Assembly: GCA_049290195.1 (NCBI GenBank)
Contig: JBATNE010000036.1
Location: 401 to 64,400, forward strand
Source of the DNA: Candidatus Zixiibacteriota bacterium
GTDB taxonomy: Bacteria; Zixibacteria; MSB-5A5; GN15; FEB-12
Direction: 5' to 3'
DNA length: 64,000 nucleotides
Positions 1-9,466 of this stretch are shown here, piece by piece. The translations under genes were made by a program, and so were the position numbers. Within the stretch, counting starts at the first letter, position 1; every line of letters starts with the position of its first letter. The notes below the pieces were generated by a model, which was not told the DNA's origin, made no database searches, and was given only the letters and a program-made list of their open reading frames with translations.

Positions 1-1
1 C

Positions 2-1588
2 GGCCAGCGGTATCGCAGCCGGTTCAAATATCTCCTCGTCGATGAGTACCAGGACACCAACCGCGTGCAGTACCTGCTCCTGAAGTCGCTCCTCGGCGAT
101 CACAACAACATTTGCGTGGTTGGCGATGAAGACCAGTCCATCTATGGCTGGCGCGGCGCCGATATCCGCAACATTCTCGAATTCGAGAAAGACTTCCCCG
201 GTGCCCGCATTATTAAACTCGAACAGAACTACCGTTCCACCAATACGATTCTCAAAGCCGCCTCATCGGTCATCAAGAATAACACCGCGCGCAAAGGAAA
301 GACTCTCTGGGCGGATGCCGAAGATGGCGACCGGATCGTTATGTACCTGGTCGACAACGCCGATGACGAAGCAGTCCGCATTGTCGATCAGATCGTCAGT
401 CAGCGCAATACCTTCAGTCTCAAAGAGACCGTTATTCTGTATCGCACCAACGCGCAGTCCCGCGCCTTTGAAGAACAGCTCCGTCGCCGCAATCTCCCCT
501 ATCAGATCATTGGCGGCCTGTCGTTCTATCAGCGCAAAGAAATCAAAGATCTGATGGCGTACCTCAAGTTGATCGTCAATCCCAAGGACGATATCTCCTT
601 CGAGCGCGTCATCAACTACCCCAAGCGCGGACTCGGTGACCGGACTATTGAAATCATCCAGGACTTGGCCCGACAACACAATGTCTCCCAGTTTGAAATC
701 GCCTCCGGTGCCGGGAGATACCGCGACCTCGAAGGGAAAGCCAAGCGGATCGAACCGTTTGTGCAGATTATTGAAAAGTATCAGGCGCGCGTCGCTACCG
801 ATCCGGTCGATTCACTCGCAGGGGATCTGGTCGCCGATATCAAATTACTCGAGGAATTGCAGTCCGAAGATATCGTCCTCGGCCCGAACAAAGTCGAAAA
901 CATCGAAGCCTTCATCGAGGGTGCCGCCCAATTCGCCCGTGGTCATGAGACCGGCACACTGACCGACTATCTCGCCGAGATTTCCCTCTATACCGATCTT
1001 GATACGTACAAGGAGATCGAAGATAAAGTCACTATGATGTCGCTCCATGCCGCCAAAGGTCTGGAGTATAATTCAGTGTTCATTGTCGGGCTCGAAGAAG
1101 GTCTCTTCCCGCTCCAGCGGACAATCTCTGAGCCGATGGAACTCGAAGAAGAGCGCCGGTTGTTCTATGTCGGCTCCACTCGCGCCCGCAAGCGATTGCA
1201 TCTGTCGACAGCTACCACTCGTTTCCGGTTTGGCGAAGTTCAGTACATTCCTTCGCGGTTCTTGAAAGAGATTCCGGAAGAGCTTATCGACCGCCGTGAT
1301 TTTCGCACCCAGCGACATTTCGAATACCAGCGCACCGATTCATTCGCCGCCGCAACTGTTCAGCAATCATACTCCAAACCGACCGTTCACAACGGTGAGT
1401 ACAGTTACGAGTACGAGGATGACAGCCCATACAAGATTGGCCGGATCGTGATGCACCCGACATTTGGTAGAGGGAAAATCGTCAAACGCGAAGGTATGGG
1501 GGATTCACTTCGATTGGAGATACTCTTCACCGGCATCGGCTCCAAGAAGATCATGGCTAAATACGCGAAGCTGAAGGTGGTCGGGTAG
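2..1588 (+). CDS. uvrD: UvrD/PcrA-family SF1 DNA helicase (5' end lies outside the window)
   Basis: The frame is open back to base 2 (..KYLLVDEYQDTN..). It then carries VVGDEDQSIYGWRGA, LEQNYRST, HAAKGLEYNSVFIVGLEEGLFP and FYVGSTRARKRL helicase motifs. Confidence 0.9.
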   Translation, partial: GQRYRSRFKYLLVDEYQDTNRVQYLLLKSLLGDHNNICVVGDEDQSIYGWRGADIRNILEFEKDFPGARIIKLEQNYRSTNTILKAASSVIKNNTARKGKTLWADAEDGDRIVMYLVDNADDEAVRIVDQIVSQRNTFSLKETVILYRTNAQSRAFEEQLRRRNLPYQIIGGLSFYQRKEIKDLMAYLKLIVNPKDDISFERVINYPKRGLGDRTIEIIQDLARQHNVSQFEIASGAGRYRDLEGKAKRIEPFVQIIEKYQARVATDPVDSLAGDLVADIKLLEELQSEDIVLGPNKVENIEAFIEGAAQFARGHETGTLTDYLAEISLYTDLDTYKEIEDKVTMMSLHAAKGLEYNSVFIVGLEEGLFPLQRTISEPMELEEERRLFYVGSTRARKRLHLSTATTRFRFGEVQYIPSRFLKEIPEELIDRRDFRTQRHFEYQRTDSFAAATVQQSYSKPTVHNGEYSYEYEDDSPYKIGRIVMHPTFGRGKIVKREGMGDSLRLEILFTGIGSKKIMAKYAKLKVVG

Positions 1589-1645
1589 GGGGTTGGCTGT
1601 CTGTAGAACACCCAACGGGTGTTGACTACTTTCTGCTCTGTGCGC

Positions 1646-2242
1646 GGCACATGTCCTCATGTGCCCGTCCCTCGATTGTGAGGTACGCTTCATGGTCACA
1701 CGTCGACGGTTAGAACTGACCGGAGCTGCAGTCGCCTTTGTTACCACCACAGTAACTGACTTCACCCCGGTCTTCGAACGACATGAACTTGCCAGTGTGG
1801 TAATTTCACAATTGGCGGAAACTTCAGGAGCATTCGGCGTGTCTGTAATCGGTTGGGTTCTGATGCCGCATCATCTTCACGCCCTGCTTGGTTTTTCTCG
1901 GATACAGGACCTTTCCAAGTACATGAAGGCGCTGAAAACTCTTTCTTCTCGAAAGATTGCCGATCTCATCGAGAATCCCGTCAAGAATCAACTAACGCGA
2001 AACGGGCTCTTTCGTCTCTGGATGCCTCGGTTCGATGATGTCATTGTAAATTCGTCCAAGCAGCTTGAAATCAAGCTACAGTATATCCACCGAAATCCAG
2101 TCAAAGCCGGGCTCTGTGTTGAAGCCGCCCAGTGGACTCATTCCAGTGCTCGGGACTGGCTGACTACTACTTCCGGGCCAATCAAGATTGCTAAGAACTG
2201 GAACTGGACATAATCGAAGAGGGGCAGATGGGGACATCTGCC
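1646..2242 (+). mobile_element. IS200/RAYT-like unit: a Y1 transposase gene bracketed by two related hairpins
   Basis: Hairpin GGCACATG-TCCT-CATGTGCC (1646-1665) lies upstream and GGCAGATG-GGGA-CATCTGCC (2223-2242) downstream of the HUH/Y1 gene. The two stems differ by one compensatory pair. Confidence 0.45.
1692..2213 (+). CDS. IS200-like / REP-associated tyrosine (Y1, HUH) transposase family protein
   Basis: HUH motif in MPHHLHALLGF and catalytic-Tyr region LQYIHRNPVKAGL. ATG 1692 is preferred over 1659 because 1659 lies inside the upstream hairpin. Confidence 0.7.
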   Translation: MVTRRRLELTGAAVAFVTTTVTDFTPVFERHELASVVISQLAETSGAFGVSVIGWVLMPHHLHALLGFSRIQDLSKYMKALKTLSSRKIADLIENPVKNQLTRNGLFRLWMPRFDDVIVNSSKQLEIKLQYIHRNPVKAGLCVEAAQWTHSSARDWLTTTSGPIKIAKNWNWT

Positions 2243-2334
2243 GCCCACAATATCACTCGGTCCTCGCCTCCCTCCTCCGTCGCATTGAGCGGAGTCGAAA
2301 TGCGACCGATGGGGCAAACTCGCCGTCAGCCTAC

Positions 2335-2366
2335 CACAAACAAAACGCCGGGCGAGGACGCCCGGC
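2335..2366 (-). terminator. Rho-independent terminator after pepF
   Basis: Perfect 8-bp stem GCCGGGCG-AGGA-CGCCCGGC (2347-2366). On the minus strand it is followed by GTTTTGTTTG. Confidence 0.65.
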
Positions 2367-2399
2367 GAGCACAACTATCTAATTCAATTTCGGATGGCC

Positions 2400-4214
2400 T
2401 CACCCCACCAGCTTGTCCATCTCCACTACCTGCTCCTTGAACCGCGTCAAGGTCGCCATCACCGGATCAGGAGTCGTCATATCAATACCGCAAATCTTCA
2501 ATAGTTCGATCGGGTAATCCCGCCCGCCCGATGACAGCATCTTCAGATACTTGTCAATTATCCCCGGTTCCCCTTTGAGGAACTTGGTCAGAATCGCCTG
2601 CGAAGCCGCATACGATGTCGCATACTGATAGACATAGAACATATTATAGAAATGCGGAATCCGCGCCCACTTGAGCGGCGTGGATTCATCGAGAACCAAT
2701 TCTGGACCATAGTACTGCTTGGTCAGGTCGCTCCAGAGTTCCGTCATGAAATCAGGCGAGAGCGCTTCGCCACATTCAACCCGCTGGTGAATCTCCAGTT
2801 CGAACCGGGCGTACATCACCTGATGGAAGAATGTCCCCATGGTATTATCGAGATACCGGTTCAACAGATACAGTTTCTGCCGCTTGTCGGTCGCCTTCTG
2901 CAACAAGAGAGCAAGCAGCAATCCTTCGTTGAGCGTCGATGCTACTTCCGCGACAAAGATCGAATACTGCGCCTTCTGATACGGCTGAGTCGAGTTGGAC
3001 AGATAGCTGTGCATCGCATGTCCCATCTCGTGCGCCAGCGTGAACATATTGTCCACTGTGTCATTGTAATTCATCAGCACATACGGATGTACCGAGTAGT
3101 TCCCCCAGCTGTAGGCGCCGGAACCTTTTCCTTCGGTTTCGAACACATCCACCCACCGCGATGCAAACCCGTTGGTCAGAACATCGCGGTATTTGGTCCC
3201 AAGCGGTGTCACCGCTTCAAGTACACTCGCCACCGCGTCGTCATACTTCACATCGTAGTCGGCATCCGGGAAAAGCGGGCACATCATGTCGTACGGATGA
3301 ATTTCTTCCAGTTTGAGAATTCTCCGCCGAGCTGCGGTATAGGAATGCAGGGCCCCGATATGCTTTTCGGTCGTGTCTATCAGTGAACGATAGACCGACA
3401 CCGGAATATTGTGCGAATCCAGTCCCCGATGCAGGCATGATTCATATTTCCTCACCCGGGTGTAGAAGACATCCTTGTTCACCGATGCTGCCAGCGTGGC
3501 GCCGATCGTGTTCACGTGCGACTTGTACGATGAATAAAACGCCTCGTTCACATCCCGCCGTACCCGCTGATTCGATGATTCGATCAACTTGGCGAACCGC
3601 TGTTTAGTCAGCTTGACTTCATTGCCGTTTTCATCCAGCACGCTTGGATAGCTAATATCAGCGTCATCGAGCATGGAGAAAATACTGTCCGGGCCGCGCG
3701 CCACCAGCGATGCCATCGCCAGTACCTCTTCGATCTCGTGCGAACGCACATGCTCACGCGACCGAATCAATTCTTTGAAATAGAAATCGTACAGATCCTG
3801 CTTCGGAAACTGCTTCTCCATCGCGACCAGCTTGGCCGGATCGGAAGCTAAGAGTTCCGGCTCCAGGAAAGCGAATGCGGTCCCGGCCTGCGATGACAAC
3901 ATCGCCGCCCGTTCCGTCATTTCCTGATACTTGGAGACCCTATTATCGAGATCTTTGTTGAGATACGCATACTGATACAGGCAGAGCATCACCCGGCTCA
4001 ACTCGCTGTTGAGCTCCAGGCATTCAAACAGAACCGATGCCGATTCGGTCAGCCGACCCTGATACGACGGCGCTTGTGCAATCCATTCCTGGCATTTCTT
4101 GTAATCTGCCTCCCAACCCTCATCGTTCTTGTAGATGTCGGTCAGGTTCCAGGTGTGCCTGGGATCGATCTGGTCCCGCTTGGGGATTGCCGATGTCGTC
4201 GTGCTACTGCTCAT
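2400..4214 (-). CDS. pepF: Oligoendopeptidase F (M3B metallopeptidase)
   Basis: 604 aa with zinc motif LAHEMGHAMH and the overall PepF-like N-terminal region (WNLTDIY..). Confidence 0.9.
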   Translation of the reverse strand: MSSSTTTSAIPKRDQIDPRHTWNLTDIYKNDEGWEADYKKCQEWIAQAPSYQGRLTESASVLFECLELNSELSRVMLCLYQYAYLNKDLDNRVSKYQEMTERAAMLSSQAGTAFAFLEPELLASDPAKLVAMEKQFPKQDLYDFYFKELIRSREHVRSHEIEEVLAMASLVARGPDSIFSMLDDADISYPSVLDENGNEVKLTKQRFAKLIESSNQRVRRDVNEAFYSSYKSHVNTIGATLAASVNKDVFYTRVRKYESCLHRGLDSHNIPVSVYRSLIDTTEKHIGALHSYTAARRRILKLEEIHPYDMMCPLFPDADYDVKYDDAVASVLEAVTPLGTKYRDVLTNGFASRWVDVFETEGKGSGAYSWGNYSVHPYVLMNYNDTVDNMFTLAHEMGHAMHSYLSNSTQPYQKAQYSIFVAEVASTLNEGLLLALLLQKATDKRQKLYLLNRYLDNTMGTFFHQVMYARFELEIHQRVECGEALSPDFMTELWSDLTKQYYGPELVLDESTPLKWARIPHFYNMFYVYQYATSYAASQAILTKFLKGEPGIIDKYLKMLSSGGRDYPIELLKICGIDMTTPDPVMATLTRFKEQVVEMDKLVG

Positions 4215-4279
4215 AACGGCCCTTCTGTACTCTGTCTGTTTTATATCGAAATATGGAGCAATTCAGTGTGTGACGCAAG

Positions 4280-4313
4280 CGGCACAGCGAATCCCGGGAT
4301 TCCAGCCGTGCCG
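4280..4313. promoter_or_regulatory. Composite palindrome between trmO stop and pepF start
   Basis: Perfect 14-bp palindrome GAATCCCGGGATTC (4289-4302) nested inside CGGCAC...GTGCCG. No U-tract on either strand, so its function is unclear. Confidence 0.25.
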
Positions 4314-4332
4314 GTTCAAGCACTGCAATTTT

Positions 4333-4788
4333 CTAAAAATAATTCTTCATCAAATCCTGCACCCATTCCGGCTCGGTAACCGGCTCCCGGGGCAAGAGCT
4401 CCTTGAACACCGGCTTGATATCCAGCACCGGCGTCCCATCCACCGCATCCAACCCCTGCACCGTCAGGACGCGGCCGGCATGTTTGATCAGCTTGACGAT
4501 CGTATGGCCGATCCGGTTGGGTCGCCCGCTCCCCCGCTGGGCAAATATCCCCATCACCGGCCAATCCTTGTTGTCGCGGGGGTGGCGCGATGATCGGCAG
4601 ATCGACTCCGGCCGAACCTCGTGCATATGAAACGTAATCTCTATGTGCGAAAACGACTCAATCCCTACCAGTGTTTCCAGCGGAATCCCCTGAGAAAGCG
4701 TGATGGTCGACACCACTTCCCCCCAGTTGTCATCGTCCTTTGTGGTCCGGGGCGAATTGACTCGCCCAATCGGCTCCATCGAAATCAT
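4333..4788 (-). CDS. trmO: TrmO/YaeB-like tRNA methyltransferase domain protein
   Basis: GIFAQRGSGRPNRIGHTIVKL...VQGLDAVDGTPVLDIKP is the typical TsaA/YaeB (UPF0066) beta-barrel signature. Confidence 0.7.
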   Translation of the reverse strand: MISMEPIGRVNSPRTTKDDDNWGEVVSTITLSQGIPLETLVGIESFSHIEITFHMHEVRPESICRSSRHPRDNKDWPVMGIFAQRGSGRPNRIGHTIVKLIKHAGRVLTVQGLDAVDGTPVLDIKPVFKELLPREPVTEPEWVQDLMKNYF

Positions 4789-4805
4789 ACTACTTTCCTC
4801 TCGGG

Positions 4806-6488
4806 TTACTTGACGCGAGGGGCTGGAAGATCTCGGCCCCCCTGGTGGAGAACCAAGCTCGTAACTTTTCCGCTTGAATCCTTGATAAAACTGATTTGTG
4901 CATCTACTACTTTCAGAAAATATTCCGTCTCCGTGCGCGGATACGCTTCCACTTCCCCCTGGCCGGTCGCCTGAATGAATATGCCGTTCCCTTTGCGCCG
5001 GACATCTATATTAAATCCCGGTCCCAATTCGTACGTCCCTGCCAGCTGATCGTAAACCGCCGGATCGATCGCAACCGTTGTCGCCGCTTTCAAGAGTGAA
5101 TCCGCCAGCGCCCCCGTCATCAACTTGGCTCCATCGGTCTGCCCAAACTGCGTGATCTTGTGCGCCACCACTTTCCCTGCCGCATCCCGAACGAAATCCA
5201 GCACGATCGCATTGTCGTAGTCAAAATAGAATCTGTCCGCAGCCTCCGGTAATATCAACCGCGTCGCCCCGCCGCTCCGCTGCGAATACAGACTGTCCCC
5301 CTGCCGGGTGATCAGTCGATACCCTTTCTGGGCTATCTCATACGCACCGACATACTCCGCCAGCTTCGAAAAATCAATCGTCGCCGGCGTCTTGATCACC
5401 GGCACCGAATACGGCTTGCTCAGCATGATCGCGCCAAGCGCGGCCGCCATTTGCCCCGATGGTGCCGAGGCATTGTTGGAAAACAGGACGATACAAAGAC
5501 CGTCATTGGGGTACCGATGAAATTCTGATACAAATCCGTCGATCCCGCCATTGTGCCAGACGCGGGGATGTTCGTACAGAGTATCCACAACCCAGCCAAA
5601 TCCGTAGTTGTCCTTGTTGGCAGTCCACATCTGTTTGAGGGTACCTTGTGAAACAACGGTTTCGCCATATAGTGCCCGGTCCCAGAGCAACATATCCCCA
5701 ACCGTCGAATACAGCCCCCCGGCCGCATACGTCATATTCGGGGCCACCTTGATCGATGGCACTACCTGTTTCGCCGTATCCGTCTCGTACCCGGTCGCCA
5801 GCCTCGGAATACTGTAGTCCAGATAGCCGGTATTCTTCATCCCGACTACATCGAAAATGTGCTTCTGCAGATAGTCCGCATACGTCTCACCGGACACCTT
5901 TTCCAGAATTACCCCGAGTACAGCATAACCTGAGTTGCTGTACTTGAACTGAGAACCGGGTTCGAATTCCAGCGGAAGGTCCTTGAACTTGCCGATCAAT
6001 TCCGGAATGGTGATCGACTCACTCCGCTTCGCCATGAGTCCCGCGATATCTGTATAATTGTGAATGCCGGACTGATGACAGAGCAAATGACGGATCGTGA
6101 TCTTATCCCATGATCCCTTTGGGAAGTCGGTCAGATATTTCACCGCAGGATCATCGAGCGAGATCTTCCCCGCCGCCACCAACTGCATGATTCCGGTGGC
6201 CGTAAATTGTTTGGTGATCGATCCTATCTGAAATCTCGTCTCGACCCAATTTGGAATTGACCTTTCCCGATCCGCCATCCCGTACCCTTTGGCCAGAACG
6301 ACCTTGCCATCTTTCGCCACCAGCGCTGCGCCTGAGAATTGATACACCTGCTGCGAAGAGGTGAGGTATTCATTCAATTTCTGTTCAAAGTCCTGAGCGA
6401 GAATAGGCTGTCCCACACTTACGACCAGCGCTATCGCAACCAGAGTGACTACCGCCACCGTCGTGCGGTTCCATAAACGATTAATCAT
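4806..6488 (-). CDS. Secreted serine hydrolase / beta-lactamase-family protein with extra C-terminal domains
   Basis: SxxK motif (GSITKQFTA) and YxN motif (KYSNSGY). The chosen start MINRLWN.. has an AGGAG RBS and a signal-anchor; the longer ORF-track start is rejected. Confidence 0.8.
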   Translation of the reverse strand: MINRLWNRTTVAVVTLVAIALVVSVGQPILAQDFEQKLNEYLTSSQQVYQFSGAALVAKDGKVVLAKGYGMADRERSIPNWVETRFQIGSITKQFTATGIMQLVAAGKISLDDPAVKYLTDFPKGSWDKITIRHLLCHQSGIHNYTDIAGLMAKRSESITIPELIGKFKDLPLEFEPGSQFKYSNSGYAVLGVILEKVSGETYADYLQKHIFDVVGMKNTGYLDYSIPRLATGYETDTAKQVVPSIKVAPNMTYAAGGLYSTVGDMLLWDRALYGETVVSQGTLKQMWTANKDNYGFGWVVDTLYEHPRVWHNGGIDGFVSEFHRYPNDGLCIVLFSNNASAPSGQMAAALGAIMLSKPYSVPVIKTPATIDFSKLAEYVGAYEIAQKGYRLITRQGDSLYSQRSGGATRLILPEAADRFYFDYDNAIVLDFVRDAAGKVVAHKITQFGQTDGAKLMTGALADSLLKAATTVAIDPAVYDQLAGTYELGPGFNIDVRRKGNGIFIQATGQGEVEAYPRTETEYFLKVVDAQISFIKDSSGKVTSLVLHQGGRDLPAPRVK

Positions 6489-6607
6489 GATAACTCCTTG
6501 AGACTTTCCGTGGCGCCCCGGTGCGCCGTTGCGGCATATGAAATACATATACGAGGCGGGCTCGGCTTGGTTGCCGACCGACATGTGAGGAGAAGAAACC
6601 GAATGCG

Positions 6608-6883
6608 CTACGACTTGTCCTGTTTCCGCACACCGGACCAGTACCACCACTGACACTTTTCCAGCGGTAGCCTGGGATTCTTGGCCTGCGCTATCGCAGC
6701 CGTAAATACATCGTGCTGGCACGGGTCAATCCGTACCCCTTTTTTGCGGCACAACCGTTCATACAAACGGTCCGCCGACTGGGTCGTGAGCTGCTCAACA
6801 GTAGTGATCCCCAACAGATGGAAATCCTCAACCGTCTTTGGCCCCACCGACACCAAATCCTTCAATTGACGCATCTTCTTCAT
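6608..6883 (-). CDS. Small helix-hairpin-helix protein (Cdd1 / pathogenicity-locus-like)
   Basis: MKKMRQLKDLVSVGPKTVEDFHLLGITTVEQL is an HhH motif. The size and the C-terminal WWYW region fit the PF11731-type family as I recall it. Confidence 0.5.
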   Translation of the reverse strand: MKKMRQLKDLVSVGPKTVEDFHLLGITTVEQLTTQSADRLYERLCRKKGVRIDPCQHDVFTAAIAQAKNPRLPLEKCQWWYWSGVRKQDKS

Positions 6884-6955
6884 ACCGCAAAAAACCACTC
6901 AGGCGGGACCGATGTCAATCACATAGTGCAGGCCCGGCCTTGTCCGCTCCAACGC

Positions 6956-7786
6956 TTACGAGTTCTTGTATACGTACCAGTTCTTCGTGACTTTTCCGAT
7001 ATAGTAGAACTTCCCGAACGACATCGCCGGCGGCTTCGCTCCGTCCGGTACCCAGAGAAAACCGACCGCATTTCTCAGGAAATTGCCAACTTCGAAAAAG
7101 GTCCCGGCCGGACAAACCTCGCGCCCCCGCGAAAGCTCCTGAATCGACAACGTGCTCAATAGCCCACACGCCTTGGTGTAGATGCTGTCGTGCTCGACCG
7201 CAAAGTTAGGATCACTGCACCGCTCCCGGAACAGCTGTAGCGGCGTGTACTTCCCCGTCAGATTGACCAGCGAATCAAATTGCTGTTGATGCCCCAGAAG
7301 ATATGCGCCGAGCGCAGAGTCCGATGCTATCGTCAGTTCTTTCGATGCCAGTTCCACTTTGAGCGAATCGGGGAGCGGATTTATCGCTCTCAGCTGGGCA
7401 ACCTGCTCGCCGAGAACATCGTACGCCGGTGACCAGACAACAGCTTCAATTTGCCAGGCTTTCCGCCCTCGAGTCATGTAGCAGTACATGTCACGAGTGT
7501 CTTCGCCGTAGCGCGATGTTACCGCCCAGATTGAAGTTGTGCTGTCCAGTTGCAGCGGATGGTACGTGGTCTTCACTTCCAGCGGAACCGTCGCTCCATA
7601 CGGTTGCATATCCTGCTGCATGGCCCCCGTCAGATACTCTCTGAGATCAGGCGGATTGGGATTGACAAAGAACTGGTTCATCAACCATTCCGCCGTGCCG
7701 GGCGTTTCGATGTCTGCCTTTTGCGACGAACAACTAGCCGCCAGCATGAGAACTATCGCGATCGAAATCACATGGTATATTTTCAC
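6956..7786 (-). CDS. Hypothetical secreted protein or lipoprotein
   Basis: N-terminal signal MKIYHVISIAIVLMLAASCSSQ with a lipobox-like AASC. I recognise no family. Confidence 0.55.
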   Translation of the reverse strand: MKIYHVISIAIVLMLAASCSSQKADIETPGTAEWLMNQFFVNPNPPDLREYLTGAMQQDMQPYGATVPLEVKTTYHPLQLDSTTSIWAVTSRYGEDTRDMYCYMTRGRKAWQIEAVVWSPAYDVLGEQVAQLRAINPLPDSLKVELASKELTIASDSALGAYLLGHQQQFDSLVNLTGKYTPLQLFRERCSDPNFAVEHDSIYTKACGLLSTLSIQELSRGREVCPAGTFFEVGNFLRNAVGFLWVPDGAKPPAMSFGKFYYIGKVTKNWYVYKNS

Positions 7787-7883
7787 TTTGCCTCCGTACA
7801 GTCCATACCAGAACTACTCGATTCCAAGATACAGCCAGCTATAAGTCCAATCAAAGTAGTCTCTCGAGTCAAAAAAAATCGGG

Positions 7884-7916
7884 TCGTAGGTCGGTCCCCG
7901 CCGAGGGGCCCGACAC
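7884..7916. repeat. REP-like palindromic element, copy 1 (just 3' of punA)
   Basis: TCGTAGGTCGGTCCCCGCCGAGGGGCCCGACAC is identical to 8871-8903. It has an internal imperfect 10-bp stem GTCGGTCCCC/GGGGCCCGAC. Confidence 0.85.
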
Positions 7917-7923
7917 TCCCTGC

Positions 7924-8754
7924 TTACATTTTCTCCACACACCCCGCAATCAAATCTCTCAGTTTCGGCTCGGTCCGCGAAGCTGTCCCGATCACATCAT
8001 CCAATGAGCACGGATGCATATTGTCCGCCAATCCCATATCAGTAATGATCGAGAACCCGAGCACCTGATTCCTCTGGTGATGCGCGGTCAATACTTCCGG
8101 CACGGTTGACATCCCGACCGCGTCGGCGCCAACAGTGCGGAAAAACCGATATTCCGCCGCAGTCTCCAGGCATGGTCCGGTCAGACCAAGGTACGTCCCT
8201 TCCTGCAATCTCAACTTCTGCTCCAGCGCAACTTCTTTGGCGATCGCCTGAAGTTTGAACGTGTAGGTCTCATACATATCCGGGAACCGATCTCCCCAGG
8301 CATTGTCGTTCGGCCCGATCAGCGGATTTCCGGGGAAGAAATTGATGTGGTCTTTGATCAGCATGATATCCCCCGCCTTGAAATTCGGGTTCATCCCGCC
8401 GGCAGCGTTGGAGACAATCAATGTTTCCATCCCGAGCGCTTTCATCACGCGGACCGGAAACGCGATCTGCTTCATGGAGTATCCTTCGTAGAAATGGAAC
8501 CGCCCCTGCATGCAGACCACTTTCTTTCCCTTGAGATTTCCGAACAAGAGCCGTCCGGCATGGGACTCCACGGTCGAGACCGGGAAATGCGGGATCTTCT
8601 CGTAATTCACCGTGGCGGTCATCTGGATACCATCGACCAGTGACCCGAGCCCGGTGCCGAGGATAATGCCGATAGTCGGCTTGAAATCGACCTGTGATTT
8701 GATATAGGTGACAGCGTCGTTCAGTTTGCTGTTGAATTCAGCAATCGTTTCCAT
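7924..8754 (-). CDS. punA: Purine nucleoside phosphorylase (trimeric PNP family)
   Basis: MQGRFHFYEGYSMKQIAFPVRVMKALGMETLIVSNAAGG and ...DHINF..GNPLIGPN closely match the PunA signature regions. Confidence 0.9.
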   Translation of the reverse strand: METIAEFNSKLNDAVTYIKSQVDFKPTIGIILGTGLGSLVDGIQMTATVNYEKIPHFPVSTVESHAGRLLFGNLKGKKVVCMQGRFHFYEGYSMKQIAFPVRVMKALGMETLIVSNAAGGMNPNFKAGDIMLIKDHINFFPGNPLIGPNDNAWGDRFPDMYETYTFKLQAIAKEVALEQKLRLQEGTYLGLTGPCLETAAEYRFFRTVGADAVGMSTVPEVLTAHHQRNQVLGFSIITDMGLADNMHPCSLDDVIGTASRTEPKLRDLIAGCVEKM

Positions 8755-8804
8755 GTTTCAGTTCTCCAGTTCTATGTTCACTATTTCACTTCCCAATTTC
8801 GTCA

Positions 8805-8851
8805 TCCTCGCATTCCTGTCATTGCGAGGAGTCCCCGCGTATCGCGCGGGG
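8805..8851. repeat. Two adjacent GC-rich hairpins upstream of REP copy 2
   Basis: TCCTCGCA-N10-TGCGAGGA (8805-8830) and CCCCGCG-TATCG-CGCGGGG (8833-8851). The GTCATCCT head at 8801 recurs at 19026. Confidence 0.7.
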
Positions 8852-8870
8852 GCGACGTGGCAATCTCAGT

Positions 8871-8903
8871 TCGTAGGTCGGTCCCCGCCGAGGGGCCCGA
8901 CAC
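8871..8903. repeat. REP-like palindromic element, copy 2 (just 3' of the NUDIX gene)
   Basis: 33/33 identical to 7884-7916 and in the same orientation. Confidence 0.85.
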
Positions 8904-8913
8904 CTTACGCCCC

Positions 8914-9366
8914 CTACCGGACCTGCATTCTAATAAACTCCTCCACCTTCCGCAACGACACCTTGTCGTCCGGCCAAAGGAGCAGCTCCATCGACTCCTC
9001 AAACGAACACCACCTGAACTCCGAATGCTCCTCCGAACTCAGCTGGATCGTGGCATCAAATGGCACCCTTGCGGCAAACAGATGCGCCACGATCGATTCA
9101 ACCCCCGGTTCATACAGGAACCGCCAGCAGTCCTCCAGTGGGAACGCGTAAGAGTACTCGAGATCTGCTATCTCCACTCCGGTCAGCCCGGTCTCTTCCG
9201 CCAGCTCCCGCACAGCGGCCGCCATCGGCGTCTCTCCCTCTTCAAGCCCGCCTGAAACACCCTGCCAGAACTCCCTCCGATCCGGCAATCGGTGCATCAT
9301 GAGATACTCGTGGCCGTTTGGACGCTCTCTGAAGAGGTAAAGCAGAACACACGAAGGCTGACGCAT
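8914..9366 (-). CDS. NUDIX hydrolase
   Basis: Nudix box GGLEEGETPMAAAVRELAEETGL. Confidence 0.85.
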   Translation of the reverse strand: MRQPSCVLLYLFRERPNGHEYLMMHRLPDRREFWQGVSGGLEEGETPMAAAVRELAEETGLTGVEIADLEYSYAFPLEDCWRFLYEPGVESIVAHLFAARVPFDATIQLSSEEHSEFRWCSFEESMELLLWPDDKVSLRKVEEFIRMQVR

Positions 9367-9407
9367 GGCGGGAATATATCGGGGACCAGGTAGCTCCGCA
9401 ATGAGCC

Positions 9408-9443
9408 AAAAAAAAGACCGGCTGATGAGTACAGCGCCGGTCT
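9408..9443 (-). terminator. Rho-independent terminator after divIVA
   Basis: Stem GACCGGC/GCCGGTC with a 13-nt loop, followed on the minus strand by an 8-T run (A-run at 9408-9415). Confidence 0.75.
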
Positions 9444-9466
9444 TCTCTTTCTGGTAGGTATATAAA

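Noticed and set aside
4806-6722. Long N-terminal extensions in the ORF track. The same applies to 12698.., 17291.., ..43581, 47813.., 48595.. and 51057...
   Set aside because: Internal ATGs with AGGAG-type RBSs start exactly at signal peptides or at conserved family N-termini. The extensions overlap upstream genes or intergenic hairpins.
7884-8903. Possible CRISPR array, given the identical 33-bp palindromic repeats.
   Set aside because: There are only two copies, 987 bp apart, with a complete punA gene between them and no cas genes. This is REP-like, not CRISPR.
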